Source: Candidatus Heimdallarchaeum endolithica (lineage in GTDB: Archaea; Asgardarchaeota; Heimdallarchaeia; Heimdallarchaeales; Heimdallarchaeaceae). From it: a DNA stretch of 64,000 bases. Position numbers and translations under genes: made by a program. Position 1 is the first letter of the stretch. Every line of letters begins with the position of its first letter. The notes beneath the pieces are model-generated. The model did no database searches. It had not been told where the DNA came from and saw only the letters and a program-made list of their open reading frames with translations. The stretch is taken from the NCBI GenBank assembly GCA_021513715.1, contig CP084167.1, forward strand, positions 192,001-256,000, given 5' to 3'. Shown here piece by piece: positions 48,664-58,903 of the stretch.

Positions 48664-50082
48664 CTAATGTGTTCCTTTACTCAAAAGATGTTTAGGAACT
48701 AGTAGTGTTCCAAAAACGCTAATAGCACAAAGAATCCAGATTAAAACAATTAATCCAAACAAACCTCCAACCGATTGTGAAAACTCTGCTGAAAGAGGTC
48801 CAATAATCATTCCTGTACCATAAACAACTGAATAAGCACCCATACTTGATCCATAATTCTCTTTTGGAGATAGATCAGTTAACAACGCTAGAGCTGCTGG
48901 AGGAAAAGCTCCACAACCTATTCCCAAAATAAACATTAAAGGAGATAAATATAGAAGAAGGTTTGGATTATTTTCTTTAGCTTGTTCTGCTCCAATAATA
49001 AGAACTGTAACAAAACCTGCAAAGGAAAACATGCCTATATACAAAAAGGGTTTTCTTCCTATTTTATCGCTTAAAATCCCATTTAGAGGAAAGCCTATTA
49101 GTATCGAACCAAAAATAATTGCAAGAACAATCAATAGCTTGATATCATGTAGATTTAAAGTATGAGCTAATTCTTCAGCATTTGTCAACACAATAGCATA
49201 AAGGCAAATTATTGGTACCCAAACAGGCATCAAATAACGTAAATTTTTATCTTTAATTATAAAAGCAACTTTTTCTCTTATTGTTTGTTCTTTACCAAAC
49301 TTTACAAATTGTTTTTGTTTTAATAATAATATTGCTGCAGCTAGTGAAACAAACAGTAATACTGCTGCAACTATAAATAACATTTCACTTACCATTGCAA
49401 CTCTTTCATAAAATTCAGTTTTTTGAGAATTAGTCATTATAGAAATATCTTCTTTACCAAACAAGATTTCCATAATAAGAAAACCTCCTCCAAATCCCAA
49501 CCCTAGTCCTATAAGTGTCATCGCGTCATAAAAACCCATAAAACGCCCTCTTTTGTTTTCAGGAGCTTCATCAGCTACAATGGAGAGTGTAGAAGCTACT
49601 TGAGCTGCTGCACCAATTCCCAAAATAGAAGAAACAATTAACAATAACATAAACTCTGAAACAAAAGAAAATAGTAAAATCGCTATTGCAGTTGTACTTA
49701 GACCAATATAATAAATAATTTTTCTTCCTATTTTATCTGATAACACCCCAAAAATTAATACTGTAAGTAATTCACTTAATGGATAAACAATAAATATCCA
49801 TGTTTTTTGAACTGAAGAAAGATGAGTTAAATAGTGAGGATAATTCAAGATTGCTATTGCCAAATAAAAACTTGCTCTCATTAAAAGAGTAGTAATAAAA
49901 ACTATTAGAAGAGAACTAGGTATTGATAATAAGTCTTTCAGTTTAGTTCCTAGTTTTTCTTTGTTTTCAGACGTTTTAGAGGACATTTGGCTTAACAAGA
50001 ACTTATAATATATAAACTCTTTTCTTAGAGTAGCAATTCTTTCAAAAAATATTTTTATAGGAGAAAATTTTAAAGCGTGCAT
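48664..50082 (-). CDS. MFS transporter (likely start MSSKTSE near 49986)
   Basis: Motif A twice (GVLSDKIGRK, GILSDKIGRK); about 12 TM segments. Confidence 0.92.
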   Translation of the reverse strand: MHALKFSPIKIFFERIATLRKEFIYYKFLLSQMSSKTSENKEKLGTKLKDLLSIPSSLLIVFITTLLMRASFYLAIAILNYPHYLTHLSSVQKTWIFIVYPLSELLTVLIFGVLSDKIGRKIIYYIGLSTTAIAILLFSFVSEFMLLLIVSSILGIGAAAQVASTLSIVADEAPENKRGRFMGFYDAMTLIGLGLGFGGGFLIMEILFGKEDISIMTNSQKTEFYERVAMVSEMLFIVAAVLLFVSLAAAILLLKQKQFVKFGKEQTIREKVAFIIKDKNLRYLMPVWVPIICLYAIVLTNAEELAHTLNLHDIKLLIVLAIIFGSILIGFPLNGILSDKIGRKPFLYIGMFSFAGFVTVLIIGAEQAKENNPNLLLYLSPLMFILGIGCGAFPPAALALLTDLSPKENYGSSMGAYSVVYGTGMIIGPLSAEFSQSVGGLFGLIVLIWILCAISVFGTLLVPKHLLSKGTH

Positions 50083-50105
50083 AAAAATGCATAACTGACG
50101 TAAAT

Positions 50106-53100
50106 ATGAAATTAAAAAGAAAATACCTTGTGTTTATTCTAATAGTAATGATCAGTATAAGTAGTAATTATTTTTTAGTGAATGGAGAAATAGATGATAA
50201 TTCAAAAGTTCAGGAAGAGATACTAGGTTATTTTCAAGCTTATGAATCTCTTGTTGATTTAGAAACAAGAGCATTATTAGATAGTCAAGGAAAATTACAT
50301 ATTTTTATTAAAATGGACTTAGAAAATCAATCTTTCACTATTTTTCATTTATTTGAGGGAAATTTATCAAAAGTTAAAACTGATTTGAGTTCAGGAACTA
50401 TTTTTAATGCTTTTAACATTGATGATAAAATTGTCTTATTCTATTCGTATCATGGTAATTTTGGACAATTCAATATTGACATGTATGTTTGGGAATCAAA
50501 CCAAAAAGAAAGCAATTCTCTAGTTTATCACTCAAGTTTTTTTGGAAATTATTTCATATATAATGTTCAACTAGTAGACAATGTTTTCTATCTACTATTT
50601 GCAGAACCGATGTTTGAATCAGCAATGGACGAGCATCCAACAACAAAATTCAAAAAATTAACTGTTTTTCTAAATGGAACTTCAACAACTAAAAACTGGT
50701 TTACTAATTTAGAATATAATGGAATTCAATCGTTTTTGATAGTTGATGGAGAGTTGGTTGCATTATACAAGTATATGTTCTTTCCAACAAGATTAATTGG
50801 TGTTTATATAATAAATGATGAACCATACTTAAGTAATTATATTACCTTCAATACTGACTATGATGTTTATTTATCGCTATTTAATCGTACTACGCTTAAT
50901 TTTGCACTAATTAAAGGATCAACTTTCTATACTCACAATTTTAAATTAAATGAAAGTTTATCATTTAAAAACTTCAGCGAATTTCAATTAGGAATGTATT
51001 CCTACTATGATTTTTATCATTATTCTTTTGATTCTTCAATTACATTTCTAATCAATCCAAATCCCCATTTACCACTCGACTCAAATAATACAAGAGGAGG
51101 CTTAATTACAGATTTTACGATTTTAAAATATAATGGGAAAAATATTTCTCAGCAGTTTATTGACATTCCTTTTACTTCCAACATCACAATTTTTGACTCT
51201 ACCTACATTAATTTTCAAACTCCTTCCACATTTTTAGTAAGTAGGACTCAAAGATTTACTGGTTCTCGTTTGATAAATAAAATAGTAATAGAACAAAACA
51301 TTTTTTCTTTGTTAATTTTTTCAAACACTAATATATCTACTAATTGGAATACAAAACCAGTAATTTACGATTTAACATTAGTTAACTTCTTTGAATATGT
51401 CTTTAAAATGCATTGGATTGAACTTACTGTTACATTTATCGTTATTATAATAGTAATAGCTATTTTCTATAAAAAAATGTTAAATCAAGCAAAAAAACTC
51501 TTTAAGTACTTATTAAGGCCAATAAAAACAGGAAAAAATAAATTTATTTTAATATTACTAAATTTATGGGTCTTTATTGTTAGTTCTCTAAGCCTACCCT
51601 TTGATTTATGGCGTTCAAATAAAAAGAGAGCAATAATAACAATATTAGGTTTATCAATTTTAGCGATGATAGTTTTTTCCTCTTCATCATTATTTTCACA
51701 TAAACAAAATATGATGATACAAAGATACTTAGAAGACGCTCATTTAGAAGAAGATGAAAAAGCCTCAGCTACCTTTTCAAGAATGCATAACGTTCTTTCA
51801 GCAAGATGGGGTAGAGTAAACGAATACTCTCCCTTCTATGAGAATTTTTCTTCAGCTGTTATGAACGAGATTCTTTCATCTATTGCTTTGCAGACTAAAG
51901 TTCTGAAAGATATAATTATTGATTCAGATTTTTCAATGCAAATGAGAATTTTATTCAAAAAGGATGCTGAAAGTTCAATTCAGAGCGTAGAATCATATTA
52001 TTCTCTTTCTAGCAACTACAAAAAAATTCTAGAAGAAATCTTGATTTCAGGCAGATTACCAGATAAAATAAATGAAATTATAATCGATGAAACTACTGCA
52101 ATAGCTTTTAACAAAACAGTCAATGATACTATAATCTTTGTTGGCGCAGATGTTTCTGTGGGAGGACTAAAAGAAAGAGTAAACATGACTATTGTAGGTA
52201 TATATGAAAAACCTACAGAACCCGCGCTTTTTAAAATGAGTAGAGATTTTGGTTTATCTTATGATCTTGTAAAAATGATATCACAATATATTGGAGCAAT
52301 AACCTTTAATGATTTTTATTTATCAAGTTTGAAAACTATGCCTGTTCAACATCTCAAATTTGATGGAACTATTCAATTTTTCTATGACTTCTCTTTGGTT
52401 AATTCTAAGAATATGGGACAACTAATAGAGGATTTTAACACCTTACAACCAGGCTATGATCACCCTGTTAATTTTGACTTAGGGGGTTCTTGGGTCATCT
52501 CAACTGAATTAAAATTAGTTTTATTGAGCTTGGTTCCTTCTTATTCATCTACCCAGTTTCTACTTGTATTATTGTCAATTCCTGTTCTCTATTTAGCTCT
52601 GTTCTTAATTTTTGAAACCAATGCCTTATTTGCAACAAGTTTTGATGAAGAAATAAAGATTCTTCGTTCTAAAGGACTATCTACTGCAAAAATAGTTTAT
52701 CTTAATACTGTTATGAAATTTGTAGAATCGCTCATTGCAACCTTTTTAGGTCTAGGAGAAGCAATCCTTATTATTCCTCTTCTTCTTAAATTAGACAAAT
52801 TTGTTTCTTTCAATTTAGATAGTATAATGCCTTCTTTTAAGAATTTACCTTTAATTTTCATAGTTTCATTCTTTGGATTGATAGTTATTACCTTACCTTT
52901 AACAATACGCATGGCTAAAATAAAGAAAGAGCAAATAAGAGATTATAACAAATTTGTCTCTTTCCTTAAGAAGGTAAAAATAGGTAACTACTTCATTATT
53001 GCTGTTGGAGGAGGAATAATTTATGGAGGATTTAAACTCTACCAAACTTTTAGTGAAAATCTCTCTTCGTCTGAGAACCAACTGATTAACATCTTTGTTT

Positions 53101-54383
53101 ATATTATTGGAATAGGAGTAATGATAACTTTATTTGGTTTAGGATTGATTTTAAAAGATTTTCACTCTTTTATTATGGCAGTTTTAAGCAAAACATTGTG
53201 GAAAATTAAAAAGAATATGTTTACATTCTCACTAGTTGAAGTAAAAACAGATATCTCATTATTTAATGATATTTTCTTAACTTACTTACTTTTAGTGGGA
53301 ATTGCTGTTCCTGCAATAGCAGCACCATTAACTATGCAAAATGGCATATTGGAAGATTCTTACTTTATGTCAGGATCTGATATGTACATAAACAATTACA
53401 ATAAGGTTAATTCTAGTATAAGCAACGAAATTGAAGCTCTCCCAGAAGTAGTAGATATTTGCAATGTTTCTCAAGTTGATGCAATGTTTGGAGGAAGACA
53501 GTTAAATTTACTAGTAATTCAAAATGCTTCAGACTTCTATAATACAGCATATAAACCTTCAGAAAGGTTTTTCAAAAATTGGGATGACATAATTCCTCAA
53601 TTGGATAATGAAAAAGAGATAATTGTTTCTAGTAATTTCAAGTTTTTCTTTGATATTAGTGAAATGAAATACCTATTCAACGATATTGAAATGAAGATAA
53701 TAGATGAGTTTGACTATTTCCCTATAATTTATCCTTATGGACCACGAGAATCAGGTGGTACACCTATGATTGTTCTTACAGAAAGCAACTATGAAAAAAT
53801 AGAAGAAAGTTTAACCATTTTTGGGATATTTGGTTATAGATTGTTAATAAATGTTGCAGACAAAACTGATATTGTCCAATTTTCTTCAAGTTTGGAAGAG
53901 AAATACAATCTAGAGATCATCAATGTAGTAGAAAAAGAACATGAAATTTACCAATCCAACCTTCCTTTTTATTCTTCTATAGTCTCAATATTTGTTTTTT
54001 CATTATTAATTTGTACCATTTCAATAATATTTACAAGTATGAGCAATCCTCTTAAGATATTACAGAGAAGAATGGGCAAACATGATATTCTTAAAAAGAT
54101 GGGTATTCCTAACAAACTTATAATTCAGATGAGTTCTTTTGAATTATTTATGATTGGAATACTTCCAGGTCTAATTGGTGGTACAGCGGTAGGTTTTACA
54201 ATCACTGAAATAATTCGCAGGGTGTTAAGAAGTCTCAGAGAGGAGATGTTACCCAATCCTGTTCAATTCCCACCTGTTATTGCTTTAATGATCTTTCTAG
54301 TTATTCCTGCTATGTTTTTCTCAATATTCTATATAACAATGAAAATGCAATTTGCAAGATATCAACCTATGAATTTGGAGTGA
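50106..54383 (+). CDS. Large FtsX/MacB-type ABC permease with N-terminal extracellular domain
   Basis: Signal peptide, beta-rich ectodomain, GRLPDKINEIII, EIKILRSKGLS and ILKKMGIP FtsX motifs. Confidence 0.85.
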   Translation: MKLKRKYLVFILIVMISISSNYFLVNGEIDDNSKVQEEILGYFQAYESLVDLETRALLDSQGKLHIFIKMDLENQSFTIFHLFEGNLSKVKTDLSSGTIFNAFNIDDKIVLFYSYHGNFGQFNIDMYVWESNQKESNSLVYHSSFFGNYFIYNVQLVDNVFYLLFAEPMFESAMDEHPTTKFKKLTVFLNGTSTTKNWFTNLEYNGIQSFLIVDGELVALYKYMFFPTRLIGVYIINDEPYLSNYITFNTDYDVYLSLFNRTTLNFALIKGSTFYTHNFKLNESLSFKNFSEFQLGMYSYYDFYHYSFDSSITFLINPNPHLPLDSNNTRGGLITDFTILKYNGKNISQQFIDIPFTSNITIFDSTYINFQTPSTFLVSRTQRFTGSRLINKIVIEQNIFSLLIFSNTNISTNWNTKPVIYDLTLVNFFEYVFKMHWIELTVTFIVIIIVIAIFYKKMLNQAKKLFKYLLRPIKTGKNKFILILLNLWVFIVSSLSLPFDLWRSNKKRAIITILGLSILAMIVFSSSSLFSHKQNMMIQRYLEDAHLEEDEKASATFSRMHNVLSARWGRVNEYSPFYENFSSAVMNEILSSIALQTKVLKDIIIDSDFSMQMRILFKKDAESSIQSVESYYSLSSNYKKILEEILISGRLPDKINEIIIDETTAIAFNKTVNDTIIFVGADVSVGGLKERVNMTIVGIYEKPTEPALFKMSRDFGLSYDLVKMISQYIGAITFNDFYLSSLKTMPVQHLKFDGTIQFFYDFSLVNSKNMGQLIEDFNTLQPGYDHPVNFDLGGSWVISTELKLVLLSLVPSYSSTQFLLVLLSIPVLYLALFLIFETNALFATSFDEEIKILRSKGLSTAKIVYLNTVMKFVESLIATFLGLGEAILIIPLLLKLDKFVSFNLDSIMPSFKNLPLIFIVSFFGLIVITLPLTIRMAKIKKEQIRDYNKFVSFLKKVKIGNYFIIAVGGGIIYGGFKLYQTFSENLSSSENQLINIFVYIIGIGVMITLFGLGLILKDFHSFIMAVLSKTLWKIKKNMFTFSLVEVKTDISLFNDIFLTYLLLVGIAVPAIAAPLTMQNGILEDSYFMSGSDMYINNYNKVNSSISNEIEALPEVVDICNVSQVDAMFGGRQLNLLVIQNASDFYNTAYKPSERFFKNWDDIIPQLDNEKEIIVSSNFKFFFDISEMKYLFNDIEMKIIDEFDYFPIIYPYGPRESGGTPMIVLTESNYEKIEESLTIFGIFGYRLLINVADKTDIVQFSSSLEEKYNLEIINVVEKEHEIYQSNLPFYSSIVSIFVFSLLICTISIIFTSMSNPLKILQRRMGKHDILKKMGIPNKLIIQMSSFELFMIGILPGLIGGTAVGFTITEIIRRVLRSLREEMLPNPVQFPPVIALMIFLVIPAMFFSIFYITMKMQFARYQPMNLE

Positions 54384-56122
54384 TAAGAATGATACAATGT
54401 ATTGATTTATTTAAAATTTATTTCGATCCTCATTCAGATTACAAGGTCGCTGCATTAAGAGGATTGGATCTATTTGTAGAAAAAGGTGATCTTGTAAGTA
54501 TAGTCGGTCCTTCAGGAGCAGGAAAAACTACATTAATCAAGATTTTGTCAGGATTAGAGGATATTACAGGAGGATCTGTTATTATTGATGAACACCACCT
54601 AGAAAAAATGTCTCAAAAACAACTTAGAGAGTTCAGATTTAGATACATTGGTTTGATTAATCAAAACATTAGTGACAACCTATTTTCTAATCTTTCTGTT
54701 GAAAAGAATCTAATAATCCACAAAAAGTTATTTTACATTCCAAGAGAACAAGCAAGAAAAGAAATCAGAGAAATTCTAAAACTATTAAATTTATATCACG
54801 TGCGTAACAACCTCGTCTCTCGTATTTCTGGAGGAGAAGCTATGCGCTTGTCCCTAGGTGCAGCTTTAGCTAAAAACCCTAAGTTTTTACTCCTTGATGA
54901 ACCTACAGGTCAATTGGATACAAAACATACTAAAGAGGTTATTAATACTATTAAAGATATTAACGAAAACACTGGAAAAACTATTGTAGTTGTGACACAT
55001 GATATACGCTTTAGAAACATATTCAAACACAGCTTTATTATTAGAGATGGAAGGTTAGTAGGAGTAAGCCAAGATATGGAAAAAGATAAACTTGAATTTA
55101 TGACTAGTTCTTCAACAAACAATAGGGCTTATTTAGACAAAAATAACCTTCTCAGAATACCAGATCAAATAAAAATGAAAACTAAACTTTATGATGTAGT
55201 TGAATTTGATGCTCATCCTGCTGGTTCTCTCGGTTTATTTTGGAATCCAGACATTGTAAATAGAGAAGAGATTTATAAAATTCTGAATAAGCCAGTTGAT
55301 GAAGCTATTAAAGAATCTCGAGAAATTTCATATGAAGAGATTGAAGGAATCATCAGTAGGAAATTTAACTTCACAGAGAGCGGAGAAAGCATTTTGCAAC
55401 TAAAGGGAGTATCAAAGGGATATCACTCTCCAGCAGGTTACAATCAAGTAATAAAAAACATTAATTTAGAAATTGAGAAGGGAGATCTCGTGATGATAAC
55501 AGGTCCCAGTGGAGTAGGAAAAACTACTCTCTTTAATTGTATAACAGGGTTAGTAAAAGCAGATGAAGGAGAGATAATCATTAATAATGTCTCACTTCAT
55601 GATAAAGATGAGTATGAAACCTCAATGTTCAGATTAAAAAATATTGCCTATATTACCCAGCATAACAATCTCTTTGAGCCTGTTACAGTTAAAGATAACC
55701 TTCTTGTTCCCTATTTGTTTTCTAAATTAAAGTATGATGAAGAATACTCACTAAATATGGTTGAGGAATGCCAAATAAAACATAAACTAGAAGCCTATCC
55801 TGATGAGCTTTCTGCAGGAGAAAAGCAGCGAGCTTCCTTATCACTTGCATTAACAAGAAAGACACCTATTCTAATAGGAGATGAACCAACGGCTAATTTA
55901 GATAGTGATTTAGCTAGAGCAATAATTGATGTTTTGATGGATGTAGCTGAAAAACTAAAAACAACCGTTATTATTTGTTCCCATGATCTCAGTTTGCTAA
56001 GACCAGGAATGAGACATATAGTCTTAGAAAAGGGCGGAATTCAGTCAGATAAGCGTATAACAAAGAAGGATTTGAAAGAAATAATAGAGTACTTCTTACA
56101 AGTAAAAATAAATGATAAATAA
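54380..56122 (+). CDS. ABC ATP-binding protein with two ATPase domains
   Basis: GPSGAGKT/ISGGE/LLDEPT and GPSGVGKT/LSAGE/IGDEPT; overlaps the permease stop. Confidence 0.93.
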   Translation: MIRMIQCIDLFKIYFDPHSDYKVAALRGLDLFVEKGDLVSIVGPSGAGKTTLIKILSGLEDITGGSVIIDEHHLEKMSQKQLREFRFRYIGLINQNISDNLFSNLSVEKNLIIHKKLFYIPREQARKEIREILKLLNLYHVRNNLVSRISGGEAMRLSLGAALAKNPKFLLLDEPTGQLDTKHTKEVINTIKDINENTGKTIVVVTHDIRFRNIFKHSFIIRDGRLVGVSQDMEKDKLEFMTSSSTNNRAYLDKNNLLRIPDQIKMKTKLYDVVEFDAHPAGSLGLFWNPDIVNREEIYKILNKPVDEAIKESREISYEEIEGIISRKFNFTESGESILQLKGVSKGYHSPAGYNQVIKNINLEIEKGDLVMITGPSGVGKTTLFNCITGLVKADEGEIIINNVSLHDKDEYETSMFRLKNIAYITQHNNLFEPVTVKDNLLVPYLFSKLKYDEEYSLNMVEECQIKHKLEAYPDELSAGEKQRASLSLALTRKTPILIGDEPTANLDSDLARAIIDVLMDVAEKLKTTVIICSHDLSLLRPGMRHIVLEKGGIQSDKRITKKDLKEIIEYFLQVKINDK

Positions 56123-56193
56123 TCATCTTTTTACTTTTTTATCGATAGAAGAAATAGTTTAAAATAGACAACTGATTCTTTCTATCGAACGAA

Positions 56194-57732
56194 ATGAAAC
56201 AAACTTTAGAACTATATTTTGTTACAAGCGGAGAATTACCTAAAGAGAGTATAGAAGATTTAAAACAGTTTATTTTGAAATATGAGCAAGATCTTAATTC
56301 TAAGCGCCCTAAAGGAAAATTCAACATTGAACTTTCCGAGATAAAAGATAAGAAAATATTTCTGTTACTCAATTCAACAGAATCATATGCTCCACACACT
56401 ATTGTTTTACGAATGAGAAAACAGTTAGCTCAAGAGATAGGTAAGAAATACAAAATTGGTCTAAGAGGATTTAAATTTACTAAATATCAAATAGAGAAAA
56501 AACTTAAACTTGAACCAAAGAGAGAATTTACTTTGCCTTTAACCTCAAAACTGGATTTTTTCAAGAAAGAAGATGAACCTTGGGTAAGAATAGAAATAGA
56601 CCCTGAAATTGAAGAGGATTTTGTTGAAAAAGGAGCAATAGAACGAATATTAAGAAGAATAAATGATAAAATATCAAAAGATTATCATGGAGCCAAAAAA
56701 GAACACCATACTGTTGCTTGGTACTCTGGAGAAAAAAATTTGCTAACTTCTAAGAATCCTACAAAAATTCTCGAAAAAGAAGGATGGATTAAAAGAACAA
56801 ATTATAGAAATCAATGGATTTTAACTCCCTCTATCACTGCAGTCGTTGAAGCGATAAAGAAAATAATGGTTGACCACATATATACTCCACTTAATTATCA
56901 GAAAATGATGATACCTAAACTGGTTGACTGGTCTATATGGCTTCGCTCTGGACATGCAGAAGGTATGTTTCAAGGGGGTTTTGAACCTTACTTTGTTGTT
57001 CAACCAAAAAGCGCCAGCCCAGAATATTTTGAGGAAATAGCTGACTATATAACAATAACAAAAACAATTCCTGAAGATAAACTATACGAAAAAATTACGC
57101 CCCCAATTGGAGGATTATCATATGCTCAATGTCCACCTTTTTGGGCTTGGCTTCAAGGAAAAACAATTGCAAAAGATAGCTTACCAATCCTAGTTTATGA
57201 TTGGAGTGGACCAACATATAGATACGAATCTGGTTCTGCTTATGGTTTTGAAAGAGTAGACGAATTGCACAGAATTGAAACTCTGTTTATTGGCACTCCT
57301 AAGCAAGTAAAAGAAGTGGCAACTGAAACAAGAAAGAAATTGAGAGAAGTTTTTGATAAAATCTTTGATTTAGAAGTAAGAGAAGCAAAAGTGATGCCTT
57401 GGTGGTTAGAACAATCTGCAAAAGATGAAGATGAAGAAGAAGATATGCTTGTTGGTACTATCGATTTTGAAGCTTATATGCCTTATAGGGGTTCAAGAGA
57501 TGAAAGTGAATGGCTAGAAATCCAGAATATATCAATTATAGGAGACAAATATCCAAGAGGTTTTAGTGTAAAAACTGAAGGAGGAAAAGATCTTTGGTCA
57601 GGTTGTGGCGGAGGAAGCTTTGAGCGATTTATCACTGCCTTTGTTTCTCAAAAAGGAATAAAAATTGATGAATGGCCTGAACCCTTCCTTAAATATTTAG
57701 ATAATATCCCCGAACCTCCCAAATTCCTTTAA
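56194..57732 (+). CDS. serS: Serine--tRNA ligase, methanogen-type (type 2)
   Basis: Long N-terminal domain; YAQCPPF, SGPTYRYE...ERVDELHRIE, WLEIQN, WSGC.G (Cys/Glu/Cys Zn ligands of type-2 SerRS). Confidence 0.9.
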   Translation: MKQTLELYFVTSGELPKESIEDLKQFILKYEQDLNSKRPKGKFNIELSEIKDKKIFLLLNSTESYAPHTIVLRMRKQLAQEIGKKYKIGLRGFKFTKYQIEKKLKLEPKREFTLPLTSKLDFFKKEDEPWVRIEIDPEIEEDFVEKGAIERILRRINDKISKDYHGAKKEHHTVAWYSGEKNLLTSKNPTKILEKEGWIKRTNYRNQWILTPSITAVVEAIKKIMVDHIYTPLNYQKMMIPKLVDWSIWLRSGHAEGMFQGGFEPYFVVQPKSASPEYFEEIADYITITKTIPEDKLYEKITPPIGGLSYAQCPPFWAWLQGKTIAKDSLPILVYDWSGPTYRYESGSAYGFERVDELHRIETLFIGTPKQVKEVATETRKKLREVFDKIFDLEVREAKVMPWWLEQSAKDEDEEEDMLVGTIDFEAYMPYRGSRDESEWLEIQNISIIGDKYPRGFSVKTEGGKDLWSGCGGGSFERFITAFVSQKGIKIDEWPEPFLKYLDNIPEPPKFL

Positions 57733-57770
57733 CATTCATTTTTTTCTTTTTTTATCAAAAATAATTTATA

Positions 57771-58823
57771 TTGCTTGTTCAAATAATATTTGAAATGAAA
57801 AAAGTAATTGATTTGCGTTCTGACACCTTAACTTTACCGCCTAAAGAGATGTTAGAAACAATTTTAACAGCTAAATTAGGCGATGATGTTTGGAGAGAAG
57901 ATCCTACTGTTCAAGAATTGGAAGCTTTAGCAGCTAAAAAATTAGGTAAACAAGCAGGGTTATTGGTTACTAGTGGAACCCAAGGAAATTTAGTTTCAGA
58001 GATGACTCATTTAAACAAAGGAGAAGGAATAATTTTAGAGGAAGAAAGCCACATCTACTTGTACGAAGCTGGTGGTATAGCATCAATAGTCGGAGCTTTA
58101 CCTTATTTGATCAAAGGAGAAAACGGTTTAATGGATGTTAAAGACATTGAAGCGATTCTTTCTAGACCGTATAATGTTCATTTTGCTGACCCTAAATTAG
58201 TTTGCATTGAAAATACTCACAATAGAGGGGGAGGAAGAGTTATTCCTAAATCAAACATGGACGAAATAGCAAAAATGGCTCATGAATATGATGTTCCTGT
58301 ACATATTGATGGAGCTAGATTATTTAATGCTTCTGTGGCATTAAATATTTCTCCTGCAAAACTAGTAGAACATGCAGATTCAATTCAGATTTGTCTAAGT
58401 AAAGGACTTGCATGCCCAATTGGTTCAATAATTGTAGGAACAGAAGAGTTCATAGAAAAAGCTAGAAAAAATAGAAAAAGGGTAGGTGGAGGAATGAGAC
58501 AAGCAGGGGTTATTGCTGCTCCAGGAATATATGCTCTTACTCATATGATAGATAGATTAAAAGAGGATCATAAACATGCTAAGATGATAGAAAAAGTTCT
58601 TAAAGAAAAGGAGGATATAATTGTCAAACCTGTGGATACAAATATCGTAATTATTGACCTCTCAAAGTCAGAATGGAGTGCAGAAACTTTAAGTAAAGAA
58701 CTAGAAAAACAAGGAATTTTGGTTACACAAATGGGAACCAAATTAATTCGTTTTGTAACTCACTTTAATATAAATAGAGAAGATATTGAAAATGTTATAA
58801 AAACTATCTCAGAGGTTTTTTAA
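57771..58823 (+). CDS. ltaE: Low-specificity L-threonine aldolase (likely start MKKVIDLR near 57795)
   Basis: DLRSDT, GDDV..EDPT, SGTQGN, ENTHN, HIDGARLFNA, CLSKGL, GGGMRQAG. Confidence 0.95.
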   Translation: MLVQIIFEMKKVIDLRSDTLTLPPKEMLETILTAKLGDDVWREDPTVQELEALAAKKLGKQAGLLVTSGTQGNLVSEMTHLNKGEGIILEEESHIYLYEAGGIASIVGALPYLIKGENGLMDVKDIEAILSRPYNVHFADPKLVCIENTHNRGGGRVIPKSNMDEIAKMAHEYDVPVHIDGARLFNASVALNISPAKLVEHADSIQICLSKGLACPIGSIIVGTEEFIEKARKNRKRVGGGMRQAGVIAAPGIYALTHMIDRLKEDHKHAKMIEKVLKEKEDIIVKPVDTNIVIIDLSKSEWSAETLSKELEKQGILVTQMGTKLIRFVTHFNINREDIENVIKTISEVF

Positions 58824-58903
58824 CTATAAAAGCAACATTTTTTATTTTTCATTATGCATTAACAAAGTCTTTTTATAGTTTTCAGTCTAGTATATTTTGA
58901 TAT

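Noticed and set aside
812-57003. Numerous short ORF-track entries overlapping well-supported genes (e.g. 812-1105, 2638-2904, 3017-3355, 16103-16297, 21272-21508, 41573-41836, 54910-55122)
   Set aside because: Antisense or off-frame shadows with no motifs.
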